NCBI GenBank assembly: GCA_044229975.1
Contig: JBGARZ010000006.1
Location: forward strand, 416,001-480,000
Length of the DNA: 64,000 bases
Direction of reading: 5' to 3'
DNA from: Polyangiales bacterium
Lineage (GTDB): Bacteria > Myxococcota_A > Polyangia > Polyangiales > Ga0077539
The notes below the pieces were generated by a model. The model made no database searches, was not told where the DNA came from, and saw nothing but the letters and a program-made list of their open reading frames with translations. Positions within the stretch are counted from its first letter, which is position 1; each line of letters starts with the position of its first letter. Shown here one piece after another: positions 30,513 to 39,719 of the stretch. The translations under genes were made by a program, and so were the position numbers.

Positions 30513-32708
30513 ATGCGGGGCACGAAGCGTGGGCTCAGGGGTTCGTCGGTCAGGCGTTGGATGCTGTCGTGCGCGCTCACCAGCGCCGCCTGCGCGCCAT
30601 CGCTCAACCTCACCGTCGACGCCAGCGCCGACGCGCCCGCGGACGTCGCGACCGACGCCGGGTCGCCCGTCGACACGGCCCCCGCGGTCGATATGCAGAT
30701 GCCCGTCGACACGGCCCCTGCGGTCGATGTGCAGGCGCCCGTCGACATGGCCCCCGCGGTCGATGTCCCAGCTCCCATCGACACTGCCCCTGCGGTCGAT
30801 GTCCCAGCTCCCATCGACACTGCCCCTGCGGTCGATGTGCAGGCGCCGGTCGACATGCCGCCGCCCGTCGATGTGCCCCCGTCCGTCGACGTCGTCACCT
30901 GCGCGGGCGGCGCGACCCTCTGCGGCGCGACCTGCGTCAGCACCGCGACCGACCTCGCCCACTGCGGCGGCTGTAGTCGCGCGTGCGCCCCTGCCAACGC
31001 CACCGCGATGTGCACGGGCGGCACCTGCCGGGTGAACCGCTGCAACACCGGCTTCGTGGACTGCGACGGCGAGGCGAGCAACGGCTGCGAGGCGGCGCCG
31101 ATGACCGACGCGCGCAACTGCGGCGGCTGCGGCATCGTGTGCGGCGGCGCGGCGACCTGCGTGGCCGGGACCTGCGTGTGCGGCGGAACCCAGTGCGGCG
31201 GACGTTGCACCGACACCACGAGCGACGCGGCTCACTGCGGCGTGTGCGGGTTCGCGTGCCCGTCGGGCGTGACCTGCGCGTCGTCCCGCTGCGGCACCAT
31301 GGCCTGCGCGCCGGGCCTCACCGATTGCAGCGGTCGCTGCCTCGACGCGACCAGCGACAACGCCAACTGCGGGGTGTGCGGCCGCGTCTGCGGGACGGGC
31401 GCGAGCTGCGTGCGCGGGGCCTGCGCGACGACGCCGTGGTTTCGCCAGTACGGCACCAGCGGCGAGGACTACACCAACGCGTTTGCGCGCGACACGGCGG
31501 GCAACATCTACGCGGCCGGGACCTTCTCCAGCTCCATCACCCTCGGCACCACGACCTACACCGGCGGGGCCCGCGGGTGGATCGCGCGCTTCTCGCCGAC
31601 CGGCGCGGTGCTCTGGTCGACGACGGCGGGCACCACGGTGCGAGGCATCGCCGTCGACGCCTCCAACAACCTCTACGCGGTCGGAACCTTCACCGGCACG
31701 ACCACCATCGGCACGCGCATGCTCGGCTCCGCGGGCGCCACGGACTGGTTCGTCGCGAGCTACACACCCGACGGCGCGCTCCGCTGGGCCGTGCGCCAGG
31801 GCGGGGCGAACGACGACTACGCCTCGCACGTGGGCGTCGACAGCGCGGGCCGGGTCTGGGTCGCCGGCTTCTTCAGCAGCGCGACGACCTTCGACGGCCG
31901 CACCGTGGCGTCCATGGGAAACCTCGACGTGTTCGTGGCGCAGCTCAACGCCGCCGACGGCTCGCCCCGCGAGTTTCTCCCCTTCGGCAGCCCGAACTAC
32001 GACCTCATCCGCGGGCTCGTGGTCGACCCGACCGACGGCGCCGCCGTCACGCTGACCTTCGGCGGGCTCCTCACGGTGGGCACCGCCACCGCCACCGGCG
32101 GCTCAGTGTGCGGGGCCGTCGTGCGCCTCGGCCCCGACCTCTCGTCGCGTTGGAACACCGTCATCCAGGGCGGCTCGAACCTCAACCCCAGCGACCTCGC
32201 GCGCGACGCGTCGGGCAACTTCTACGTCTCGGGCGAGGTCTCCACGTCCCCCGTGCGGGTCGGCTCGTCGTCGTCCCTGACGACCGGGACCAACAGCGGC
32301 AACGGCTTCGTGGTGAGCCTCAACGCGAGCGGCGCCTACCGCTGGGGCGTGGCCGTGAGCGGCAGCGCCAACGGCTCCTCGGACGACTACGTCGACGCGG
32401 TGAGCGTGGCGCCCGACGGCACCGTCCTCGCGCTCGGGGTCGCGACCTCGGCGGCGGTGACCGTCGGCGGAGTCTCGGTGCCGCGCGCCACCGGTCGCGC
32501 CCACTGGCTCGCGGCCATCAGCGCGTCGGGCACGGTGGGCGCCGTGCGTGCCGTGTACAGCGGACTGAACGTCTCCGACACGTGCCTCCTGGCCGGCAAC
32601 GACGACGTGCTCATCGGCGGTCGCATGTCCGGCACCGGGACCTTCGAAGGCACCGACGTCACGCGCACCACCTCGTACGACGCGTTCGTCTCGCGCTCGC
32701 CGCGCTGA
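30513..32708 (+). CDS. Lipoprotein: VDxPAP stalk, Cys-rich repeats, beta-propeller (SBBP-like); alternative start 30561
   Basis: Lipobox SAAC; repeats D.xHCGxCGxAC; DTAGNIYAAG/DASNNLYAVG blades. Confidence 0.8.
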   Translation: MRGTKRGLRGSSVRRWMLSCALTSAACAPSLNLTVDASADAPADVATDAGSPVDTAPAVDMQMPVDTAPAVDVQAPVDMAPAVDVPAPIDTAPAVDVPAPIDTAPAVDVQAPVDMPPPVDVPPSVDVVTCAGGATLCGATCVSTATDLAHCGGCSRACAPANATAMCTGGTCRVNRCNTGFVDCDGEASNGCEAAPMTDARNCGGCGIVCGGAATCVAGTCVCGGTQCGGRCTDTTSDAAHCGVCGFACPSGVTCASSRCGTMACAPGLTDCSGRCLDATSDNANCGVCGRVCGTGASCVRGACATTPWFRQYGTSGEDYTNAFARDTAGNIYAAGTFSSSITLGTTTYTGGARGWIARFSPTGAVLWSTTAGTTVRGIAVDASNNLYAVGTFTGTTTIGTRMLGSAGATDWFVASYTPDGALRWAVRQGGANDDYASHVGVDSAGRVWVAGFFSSATTFDGRTVASMGNLDVFVAQLNAADGSPREFLPFGSPNYDLIRGLVVDPTDGAAVTLTFGGLLTVGTATATGGSVCGAVVRLGPDLSSRWNTVIQGGSNLNPSDLARDASGNFYVSGEVSTSPVRVGSSSSLTTGTNSGNGFVVSLNASGAYRWGVAVSGSANGSSDDYVDAVSVAPDGTVLALGVATSAAVTVGGVSVPRATGRAHWLAAISASGTVGAVRAVYSGLNVSDTCLLAGNDDVLIGGRMSGTGTFEGTDVTRTTSYDAFVSRSPR
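30661..30890 (+). repeat. Coding 36-bp tandem repeat (PVDTAPAVDVQA-like)
   Basis: About six degenerate head-to-tail copies with no spacers. Confidence 0.85.
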
Positions 32709-32720
32709 CCGTCGACGGGA

Positions 32721-34187
32721 TTACGGGAGGAGGGTCGCGAGGACGGGGCGCGTCGCGGTCGTGCGGGTTCCGTCGCCGAGCTGGCCCACGTTGTTGAGGC
32801 CCCAGCAGTACACGCGACGGCGCGACCCGGCGGGCCCCGTGAGGGCGCACCGGTGGGTGGAGAGCGAGCCCGTATCGGCGAAGACGGCGGAGGTCAGCGC
32901 CGCGACGTCCGCGAGCCCGGTGATCGTGGTCGGTGTGATGGTGCCGGTCATGGCGCCGGTGCCGAGCTCGCCGTCGATCTGGGTGCCGAAGCACGAGACC
33001 TGGCCGTCGCCCAGGCGGGCGCACACCCCGTCGCTGCCGCCCGAGATTTCCACCACGCCGGACAGCCCCGGGATGGCGCCCGGCGTCGCGATCGGCCCCG
33101 CCCCCGCGCGGAGTCGGTTGTTGGTGTTGTCGCCCCAGCACCAGACGTCGCCCGTCCGCAGCAGCGCGCAGGTGAACCCGCGGCCGACGGCGACGGAGCT
33201 CGCGAGCGGTACCGTGGTGATGGCCGTGGGCGTCATGATCGGGCTCGCCGTGCTCGTGCCGTTCACCTGCCCCACGGTGTTGGCCCCCCAGCAGTAGACC
33301 GCGCCCGACGTGAGCACCGCGCACGTGTGCCCTCCCACCGACACGACCTCGACCCCCGCGGGGCCGGAGATCGGCGTGGGCGTGGGGTTGTTCGCGCTCA
33401 CCGTACCCTGTCCGAGCTGGCTCCCCGAGTTGGTGCCCCAGCACCAGAGCGTGGCGTCGCCGCGGATGGCGCAGCTGTAGCTGGAGCCGCTCATCACCCG
33501 GCGCGCGTCGTCGATCACCGTCACCTGGGTCGGCGGACGCACGGCGTCACCGGTGCCCGAGGCCGTCCCGGTCCCGATCTGGCCTGCCTGGTTGTTGCCC
33601 CAGCACCAGACGGCGCCGGCCGCGGTTCGCGCGCAGGCGAAGTTGCCCCCTACCGTGACCTGCACCATCGGCGGGATGCCGCGCACCTCCGTCAACCCGG
33701 ACGCTCCGGCGTCACCGGCACCCATACCGAGCACGCCCATCGCGTCGGCGCCGAGGCAGAAGACCCGCCCGTCCTCCTGGAGGACACAGGTGTTCGCCGC
33801 GCCGGCGGCGACGCCCACCACCGGCGAGAAGCACCCGCCATCGTCACAGTGCAGCCCGGTCTCCGGCGGAACGTCCACGACCCCGCTGTCGGTTCCCACG
33901 TCGAAGCCTGCGTCGAAGCCTGCGTCGGTGCCCGCGTCGAAGCCCGCGTCGAAGCCCGCGTCGAAGCCCGCGTCACGACTCGCATCGGTGCCCCCGTCAC
34001 GACCCACGTCGATGGCCACATCCGACGGGACGTCGTTGCCCGCGTCGGTGAGCGCCGTGGGGACGTCGGTCGTGGCCGCGTCACCCTCGGTGTTGGTGTT
34101 CGTGTTCGAGCACCCGGCGTAACCGAACATTCCCCCCGTGAGGATCCCTGCCATCAACCACCGGCGTCCCAGCCCCTCGATTCGCAT
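32721..34187 (-). CDS. RCC1-repeat lipoprotein with DAGF stalk
   Basis: Lipobox YAGC; repeated GxxxxCA...GxVWCWGxNxxGQxG. Confidence 0.9.
   Translation of the reverse strand: MRIEGLGRRWLMAGILTGGMFGYAGCSNTNTNTEGDAATTDVPTALTDAGNDVPSDVAIDVGRDGGTDASRDAGFDAGFDAGFDAGTDAGFDAGFDVGTDSGVVDVPPETGLHCDDGGCFSPVVGVAAGAANTCVLQEDGRVFCLGADAMGVLGMGAGDAGASGLTEVRGIPPMVQVTVGGNFACARTAAGAVWCWGNNQAGQIGTGTASGTGDAVRPPTQVTVIDDARRVMSGSSYSCAIRGDATLWCWGTNSGSQLGQGTVSANNPTPTPISGPAGVEVVSVGGHTCAVLTSGAVYCWGANTVGQVNGTSTASPIMTPTAITTVPLASSVAVGRGFTCALLRTGDVWCWGDNTNNRLRAGAGPIATPGAIPGLSGVVEISGGSDGVCARLGDGQVSCFGTQIDGELGTGAMTGTITPTTITGLADVAALTSAVFADTGSLSTHRCALTGPAGSRRRVYCWGLNNVGQLGDGTRTTATRPVLATLLP
33901..33975 (-). repeat. Coding 12-bp tandem repeat (DAGF)n
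   Basis: gtcgaagcccgc units; similar units at about 11170-11310. Confidence 0.8.
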
Positions 34188-34231
34188 GACGCCAACGGTC
34201 ACGGACGGAACCCCCACCTGTCAACGGTGCT

Positions 34232-35566
34232 TCAGCCCTCGTCGCCGACCGCCCCGCCGCGCTCCACGCGCGCCTCGTCGCGCTCGCGCCGCGACGGGTT
34301 CACCCGCACCAGCCCGTGGTCGCCGTCCACCAGGGCCACGTCGCCGTCGCTCGCCCAGTTGTAGATGCCCGCGGCCTCGCCCACCGCCGGAACCCCCAGC
34401 AGCTCGATGATGGTGCGCACCCGCCCCGGAACCACCGGCCCCGACAGCACGAGCCCCACCGGCTGCACCCGCGCCGACAGCAGCAGCTCGAAGACCGTCA
34501 CCGTCTCGCCGACCCAGACTGTTCCCTTCGGCGCGCCTGATCCGGTCTCGGGGTAGAGGCTCAAGCGCAGCGCGTCGCAGAGCTCGGACATCTCCATCGC
34601 GCGCTCGGTGATCATCGGCACGTCGGTGATGCGCGCCGCCCGCGTGGCCTCGCGCGCGACCTGCGCCAGCGCCTGCCCGAGCCCCTTGCCCTTCGCGAGT
34701 TCGAGCGTTCGTTCGCGCAATCTCCCATCGTCGAGGATCGACCGCGACAGCACCAGGAAGCCCGCGTCGAGCCCCTTCCGCGCCGCCGCCCGCGCGTGCG
34801 AGTCGAGCGTCGCGTCGCACGACTGGATGGCCCGCTCCAGCGCCTTCGCCTGGTCCTTCGCGGTGGCCTTCGCCTCGCCCGCGGCGGCCTTCGTCGACGG
34901 TCGCTGCACCGCCGAGAGCATCCCGAGCGCGCGACCCGCCACCACCGAGCGCCCCGGGACGGTCACCCGACGCGTTCCCGCGGTGCGTGCGCCCGCCGCG
35001 GGTGGTTGCTCGTTGCCGACGATGCGCGCGCGCTCCAGCAGCGGGGCGACCGCGCCGGCGAGAGCCATGAGCAGCTCGACGTCCTGGGAGGAGTACGCGT
35101 CCTGGCGGCGCTGCACGACGAGGGCGCCGGCCGAGCCGTTGGGCCCCGGGACGGGCACCGCGAGGAAGGCCGGGAAGCGCTCTTCGCCGAGCATCGAGAA
35201 GGGCCGGAAGCGCGCGTGGTCGGCGGCGATGTCGGCGGACACGGGGCGCAGGCACTCGACGGCCATGCCGACGAGCCCTTCGCCGACGTTGAGGCGCACC
35301 TCGCCGAGGGCGCTGGTGGTGAAGCCGACGTTGCCGCGCATGACGAGCCCGTCGCCCTCGCGGAGGTACAGCGAGCACACGTCGCTGCGAAACACCGCCG
35401 CCACCCGCCGCGGGACCTCGTCGAGCAGATCGGTGAGGGGACGGGGTCGCGCGAGGGCGAGGGTGAGGTCGACGACGGCGTCGAGGCGCTCGATGCCGCG
35501 CGCGTGGATGATGGGCGTGACGCCCGCGGAGGGAGGAATGGACTCGGGCGGCAGGTCGCTGGCCAT
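34232..35566 (-). CDS. GAF domain + degenerate PtsP/Enzyme I N-terminal and phosphocarrier-like domains (no PEP-binding barrel)
   Basis: DVCSLYLRE...GEGLVG...GEERFPAFLAVP GAF of PtsP type; LGVPAV...DGDVALVDGDHGLVRVNP swivel domain; stop right after. Confidence 0.8.
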   Translation of the reverse strand: MASDLPPESIPPSAGVTPIIHARGIERLDAVVDLTLALARPRPLTDLLDEVPRRVAAVFRSDVCSLYLREGDGLVMRGNVGFTTSALGEVRLNVGEGLVGMAVECLRPVSADIAADHARFRPFSMLGEERFPAFLAVPVPGPNGSAGALVVQRRQDAYSSQDVELLMALAGAVAPLLERARIVGNEQPPAAGARTAGTRRVTVPGRSVVAGRALGMLSAVQRPSTKAAAGEAKATAKDQAKALERAIQSCDATLDSHARAAARKGLDAGFLVLSRSILDDGRLRERTLELAKGKGLGQALAQVAREATRAARITDVPMITERAMEMSELCDALRLSLYPETGSGAPKGTVWVGETVTVFELLLSARVQPVGLVLSGPVVPGRVRTIIELLGVPAVGEAAGIYNWASDGDVALVDGDHGLVRVNPSRRERDEARVERGGAVGDEG

Positions 35567-35632
35567 GGGCGACGCGCAGCCAATCACAGGCTGCGGTGAC
35601 GGGGCAATGACGACGGTGGGGGAGGGGGCGGG

Positions 35633-38600
35633 TCAGGTGCCGGTGGGTCGACGCCTCGCTGCCTCTTCAGAGGCGTGCCAGGCGCGGCGCTGCTCCAGAG
35701 ACCCAGCTTCCTTCAGTGCCCACGCGCGCACGGCGGGAGTGCCCTGTGCCGCCCAGGAGCGGGCACGATCGCGTCGCTCTTCATAAAACCGAGCGAGGCT
35801 CGTGATGCCCCGCGGGGTGCTGTGGAGGGAGGCGGCGAGCGTGCGAGCTGGTGACGAGGTGGGACCGAAGCGCTCGATGAGACCCGCGGCGAGCGGTGGG
35901 AAATGGTCGTCGTCGAGCGACAACAGTCCGGCCGCTCTCTGTGCGCGAGAGACGTCTCGATCGACCCAGGTGAGGGCGTCGCGCGCTGGCAGGAGCGCAC
36001 CGACTTCAGAGCGGGCGAGGCGGGTCAGCGCCCACTCCATCTGTGCATCGTCACGCTCCAGACAGACGCGGAGCGCGTTCCAGAAGACTCCCGGCGAACT
36101 GGCCGCCAGCTCGATCGCGAGGCGGACAAGAGTGCCTCCCTGCACGTGCTCTGCGGAAAGGCCACCGATCAGAACGCCGCACACCTCCGCCACGCGACCG
36201 CGAGCAACGAGCCAGCGGAGGCACTGCTCGAAGGGCCACTCGTAAGGCGGCGCGAGCACCGTCGACACCCGCTCCGTCACCTCAAGAACCAAGGGTTCCA
36301 ACGTGATCGGGTCACGCTCGTGGAGGTGGTGTTGGAGCTGGCGCAACGCGACGCTCGCGCCCGTCGAGGGGAAGCGGTCCAACAAGAGCACGAGCAGCTT
36401 CTGGAGCGTGGCGTCGGAGACGTCGCGCCATCGTGGTGTCGCGAAAGATCGAAGCGTGCCCGGCGACACCTCGTGCTCCTGCAAGGTCTCGAAGGCGACA
36501 CGCAGGAGGGGCTCCGTGCCTTCGCAGCGCGCGACCGTCAGGAGGATCGCCGAGGCAAGGCGGGGGTCATCCTTCCACTCCGTGAGCCAGCCGAGGACGA
36601 GCGCCGATCGCCCGGCTTCGTGATGGCCGAAGCAGTACGCGGCGAGCACGTTCGCGCTAGTCCCGGCGCGGGCGCGCTGCACAAGCGGAGTGAGGAGGAG
36701 GCGGTCTGCGTCGACGTGTCCCATCGTGATCGCGAACGCGACCGCTCTCTCGGCGCCATCTTCTTCCAGTACGTCGAGGTGTCGCAGGAGGGGGCGTTCC
36801 GGTGGGACAAGCCCCTCGCGCACAAGAGCCTCATCGTCACGACCGACGCTCTCACCTTCATTCAGGTCGCCGAACGGGGCGCGGACGAGTCGATCCCTGA
36901 GGCGTTGCGCGTAGTCGCCAGGGCGGGTCAGCTCGTCCAGTCGCGCCAGGATCAGAGCGGAACGAGTCGACGTGTTGCGGCGCATCGCGAGTTCGACGTC
37001 GCGTCGTAGCTCGGAGCGCAACGGCTCCGAGAGACTCGTCGTTACCCGTTCGAGCGCAGGCTCATCGAGCACCGGGGCGAGCGACGCTCCCTCCGTCACG
37101 ATCACCGAGAAGAGGGCGCGCTGCGCTGTCTCCATGACCAGCGCGTCCGGGTCTGGTACGCACCGAAGAAGCAGAGAACAGAACGCCTCGCGCTCGGGCT
37201 GCCGCTCGTCGGGGCCACGACGTCGCAGCGGCTTCTCGCCGAAGTTGGTGACCGCCACACCCTTTCCCTGGAGCAGGTCTTGAAGCCCTCGGATGGCGGA
37301 CACGCGGGCGCGCGAAGTGCCATGCACACAACGTCTTTCGAGCGCCGGTAGGCGACGATCGAAGGGCAAGGTCGTGACGTCGAACTCGGGCGCAAAGAGG
37401 AGCATCCAGCCCGCCGACGCGTTGTTCGCATAGGTTTCATTCTCCTCCAGCCGTAGTGCGAAGAGGGCCATCTCGACTGCATCGAAGGCCGCGCCTTGGC
37501 GGGCGATGACGTCGAGGGAATTCATCAGCAGCCGACGGAGATTGATCCTCGCTCGGAGCGTCTCTTGGGGTGTGTTGGCGATGAGCGCGCCGAGCCAGCT
37601 CCCGGTCTCTTCCGCGAACTCGTGGGCGCAGAGGCGCAACATCGCGGACCGATCCCGTCGGGCGAGTTCATCGAGCGTCGTGACCTCCGCGCGGAGGGAG
37701 TCGAGCGTCACCCGCGCGAGGTCGCCGAGCTCGTCGGGCGTCAGATCGACGCGGCGCAAGCGATCGACGAGCGCTGCCGCTCGCGTTGGGACGTGCTCGC
37801 GAATGCGATCGAGCAGCCTTCGGTTGCCACGGCCGGGATCCTTCGGGTCTGTGTCGTCCCGCAGGATCCGCCACACCTCGCGCTCCAGGACCGCAGGCGT
37901 GACGTAGAGATGCTCCTCTCGACGGAGCACTCCTCGCGCCAGACAGCGATCGATCATCTGGTTGAGCTCGTGATGGCTGCTGAGGTCCACCGCGCGGGAG
38001 AGTGCCTCGCGCTCCTCGTCCTTCACGCCGCTCCAGACGACGTCGCGGGCGAGCATGGCCGCGAGGAGCGCGCGAGCCCGCTGGATGACCTCCTCACGCC
38101 CGTTGCGATGCGGCGAGATGGCGAGCCTCGCCGCTCCGGTGGTGGTTGCCGGCACCGCCGAGCCCTCGGCGACTTCCTGTGCCACCAGGATGCCGAACCA
38201 GGGGTATCCCCCAGTGACCCGGAAGACGCCAGACGCGCGGTCGTCGTCAGGCTCGGCACCAAGCGCGGTTGCGATGAGGGCCCGTGCCTGTTGCTCGCTC
38301 AACGGTCCAAGCGGCGACACCAGAACGCGCCCCAAGGTCTCGGGCTCGTACGTTCCTGCCGGAACGATCACGATCAATCGTGGGGAGGATGTCGCCCCGG
38401 TCGCTTCATCAGCACCCGTCGCACGCCGGAACGCTCGGACGAGCGGGTCGGCCGCTTCTGGCATCGCGTCATCGACGATCAGGATGCCGCTCGGCGCGGA
38501 TCGGAGGACTCCTCCATGTTCGATGAGATGTTGGGCCGTGGCGTCGCCCACAACGTAGAGCACGCGCTCCGCGACGCCTCGCAGCGACTCCAGCACGCAG

Positions 38601-39469
38601 CGCGTCTTCCCCACGCCCGGCGCGCCGACGACGCATAGCACCCCCTCCTCACTCGCTGCCCCCAACGCGAGCGCGCGGATCTGACCTGCCAATCGCGTCC
38701 GGAACTCGTCCGGTTGATACGTCGGCAGGGTTCTGTGGGTTCTGAGTTCTGCGAGGGCGCCTTGGTAGTCCTGCACGGCAGGCCAGTCATCGACGCCCAG
38801 CTTCTTCAGCAGATCGTCCCCCAGCAGGGGTTTTCGGAGCTTCACGTACTCGACGAGGTCGTTGCCGTCGACCACGGCGATCTGCTCCTTGAGGACGTCC
38901 ACCGTCCGCGCCGTCCGTGGCGCGTAGGCGTCGGCGAGTTCTTCGACCAGAGATGCCTTGCCAGAGGTCGACTGGGGCGGTTGCTTCGTGGTCGGCTTCT
39001 TCGACCTGGCCGTCGTCCCCTGCTTCGCCGTCTTGGGCACTCGCGCCGTAAACACCTGCGTCGTCAGCAGCACGAGGCGCCCACCCTGTCGCAACACGTC
39101 GGCGACACGCTCGCCCCCATCCCGACCCCTCGCGTCCTTCAGCGCGTCGGCTCGGACCGACGCGGGCGACCTGCCCGTCTTGCAGCTCACCGCGACCAAC
39201 GAGGCGTCGCCCAGCAGTGAGAAGGTCTGACCGCGACGCGCCCGATAGGTGGCGTCGTCGATTGGCATCGAGGTGATCGCGACCTCGATCTCGCGGCCAC
39301 CATCGGGCACGCCCGGTGGCGCCGGGCCGTCCAACCCGGCCGTGCTGAAGGTCGCCTGCCGTTCGGTCGCTTCGACCCGCACCAGCGCTCGTGCCAGATC
39401 GTCGAGAGCGTTCTCGCGGAAGCCATCGCGCAGGCTTTCGAGCGTCACGGCGTCCCAGCCAAGCCTCAT
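35633..39469 (-). CDS. Large REase-like + STAND-type P-loop NTPase + helical repeat protein (putative defence)
   Basis: PDGGRE...SCK N-terminal motif, GAPGVGKT Walker A, ILIVDD Walker B, TGGYP motif, long helical C-region; atypical codon usage. Confidence 0.75.
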   Translation of the reverse strand: MRLGWDAVTLESLRDGFRENALDDLARALVRVEATERQATFSTAGLDGPAPPGVPDGGREIEVAITSMPIDDATYRARRGQTFSLLGDASLVAVSCKTGRSPASVRADALKDARGRDGGERVADVLRQGGRLVLLTTQVFTARVPKTAKQGTTARSKKPTTKQPPQSTSGKASLVEELADAYAPRTARTVDVLKEQIAVVDGNDLVEYVKLRKPLLGDDLLKKLGVDDWPAVQDYQGALAELRTHRTLPTYQPDEFRTRLAGQIRALALGAASEEGVLCVVGAPGVGKTRCVLESLRGVAERVLYVVGDATAQHLIEHGGVLRSAPSGILIVDDAMPEAADPLVRAFRRATGADEATGATSSPRLIVIVPAGTYEPETLGRVLVSPLGPLSEQQARALIATALGAEPDDDRASGVFRVTGGYPWFGILVAQEVAEGSAVPATTTGAARLAISPHRNGREEVIQRARALLAAMLARDVVWSGVKDEEREALSRAVDLSSHHELNQMIDRCLARGVLRREEHLYVTPAVLEREVWRILRDDTDPKDPGRGNRRLLDRIREHVPTRAAALVDRLRRVDLTPDELGDLARVTLDSLRAEVTTLDELARRDRSAMLRLCAHEFAEETGSWLGALIANTPQETLRARINLRRLLMNSLDVIARQGAAFDAVEMALFALRLEENETYANNASAGWMLLFAPEFDVTTLPFDRRLPALERRCVHGTSRARVSAIRGLQDLLQGKGVAVTNFGEKPLRRRGPDERQPEREAFCSLLLRCVPDPDALVMETAQRALFSVIVTEGASLAPVLDEPALERVTTSLSEPLRSELRRDVELAMRRNTSTRSALILARLDELTRPGDYAQRLRDRLVRAPFGDLNEGESVGRDDEALVREGLVPPERPLLRHLDVLEEDGAERAVAFAITMGHVDADRLLLTPLVQRARAGTSANVLAAYCFGHHEAGRSALVLGWLTEWKDDPRLASAILLTVARCEGTEPLLRVAFETLQEHEVSPGTLRSFATPRWRDVSDATLQKLLVLLLDRFPSTGASVALRQLQHHLHERDPITLEPLVLEVTERVSTVLAPPYEWPFEQCLRWLVARGRVAEVCGVLIGGLSAEHVQGGTLVRLAIELAASSPGVFWNALRVCLERDDAQMEWALTRLARSEVGALLPARDALTWVDRDVSRAQRAAGLLSLDDDHFPPLAAGLIERFGPTSSPARTLAASLHSTPRGITSLARFYEERRDRARSWAAQGTPAVRAWALKEAGSLEQRRAWHASEEAARRRPTGT

Positions 39470-39482
39470 CGTCGCGACGATA

Positions 39483-39715
39483 TCACCGCGCCTCGTCGGC
39501 CGCTTCGCACACCGCGGTGGGAGAGTCGTTCCCCACGATGCGGGCGAGGTCGCGCGGGTCGGACACCACGGTGCCGTTCGCCAGCACGAGCTGATCCCAC
39601 CGCGTCGAGACGAGGCCCGGCAGCCCGAACCCGCCGCTGGAGAAGGTCATCACGCCCGAGCGCGCACGACGACTTCGTCGCGACCGACGGCGGCGTCGAG
39701 GTCGTCGACGAACGG
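39483..39715 (-). pseudogene. Frameshifted gene fragment
   Basis: PFVDDLDAAVGRDEVVVRA in one frame continues as GVMTFSSGGFGLPGLVSTRWDQLVLANG...* in another. Confidence 0.35.
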
Positions 39716-39719
39716 TGGT

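Noticed and set aside
30661..30890. 36-bp periodic repeat as a CRISPR array
   Set aside because: Units are head-to-tail without unique spacers, in frame within a lipoprotein stalk, and no cas genes are present.
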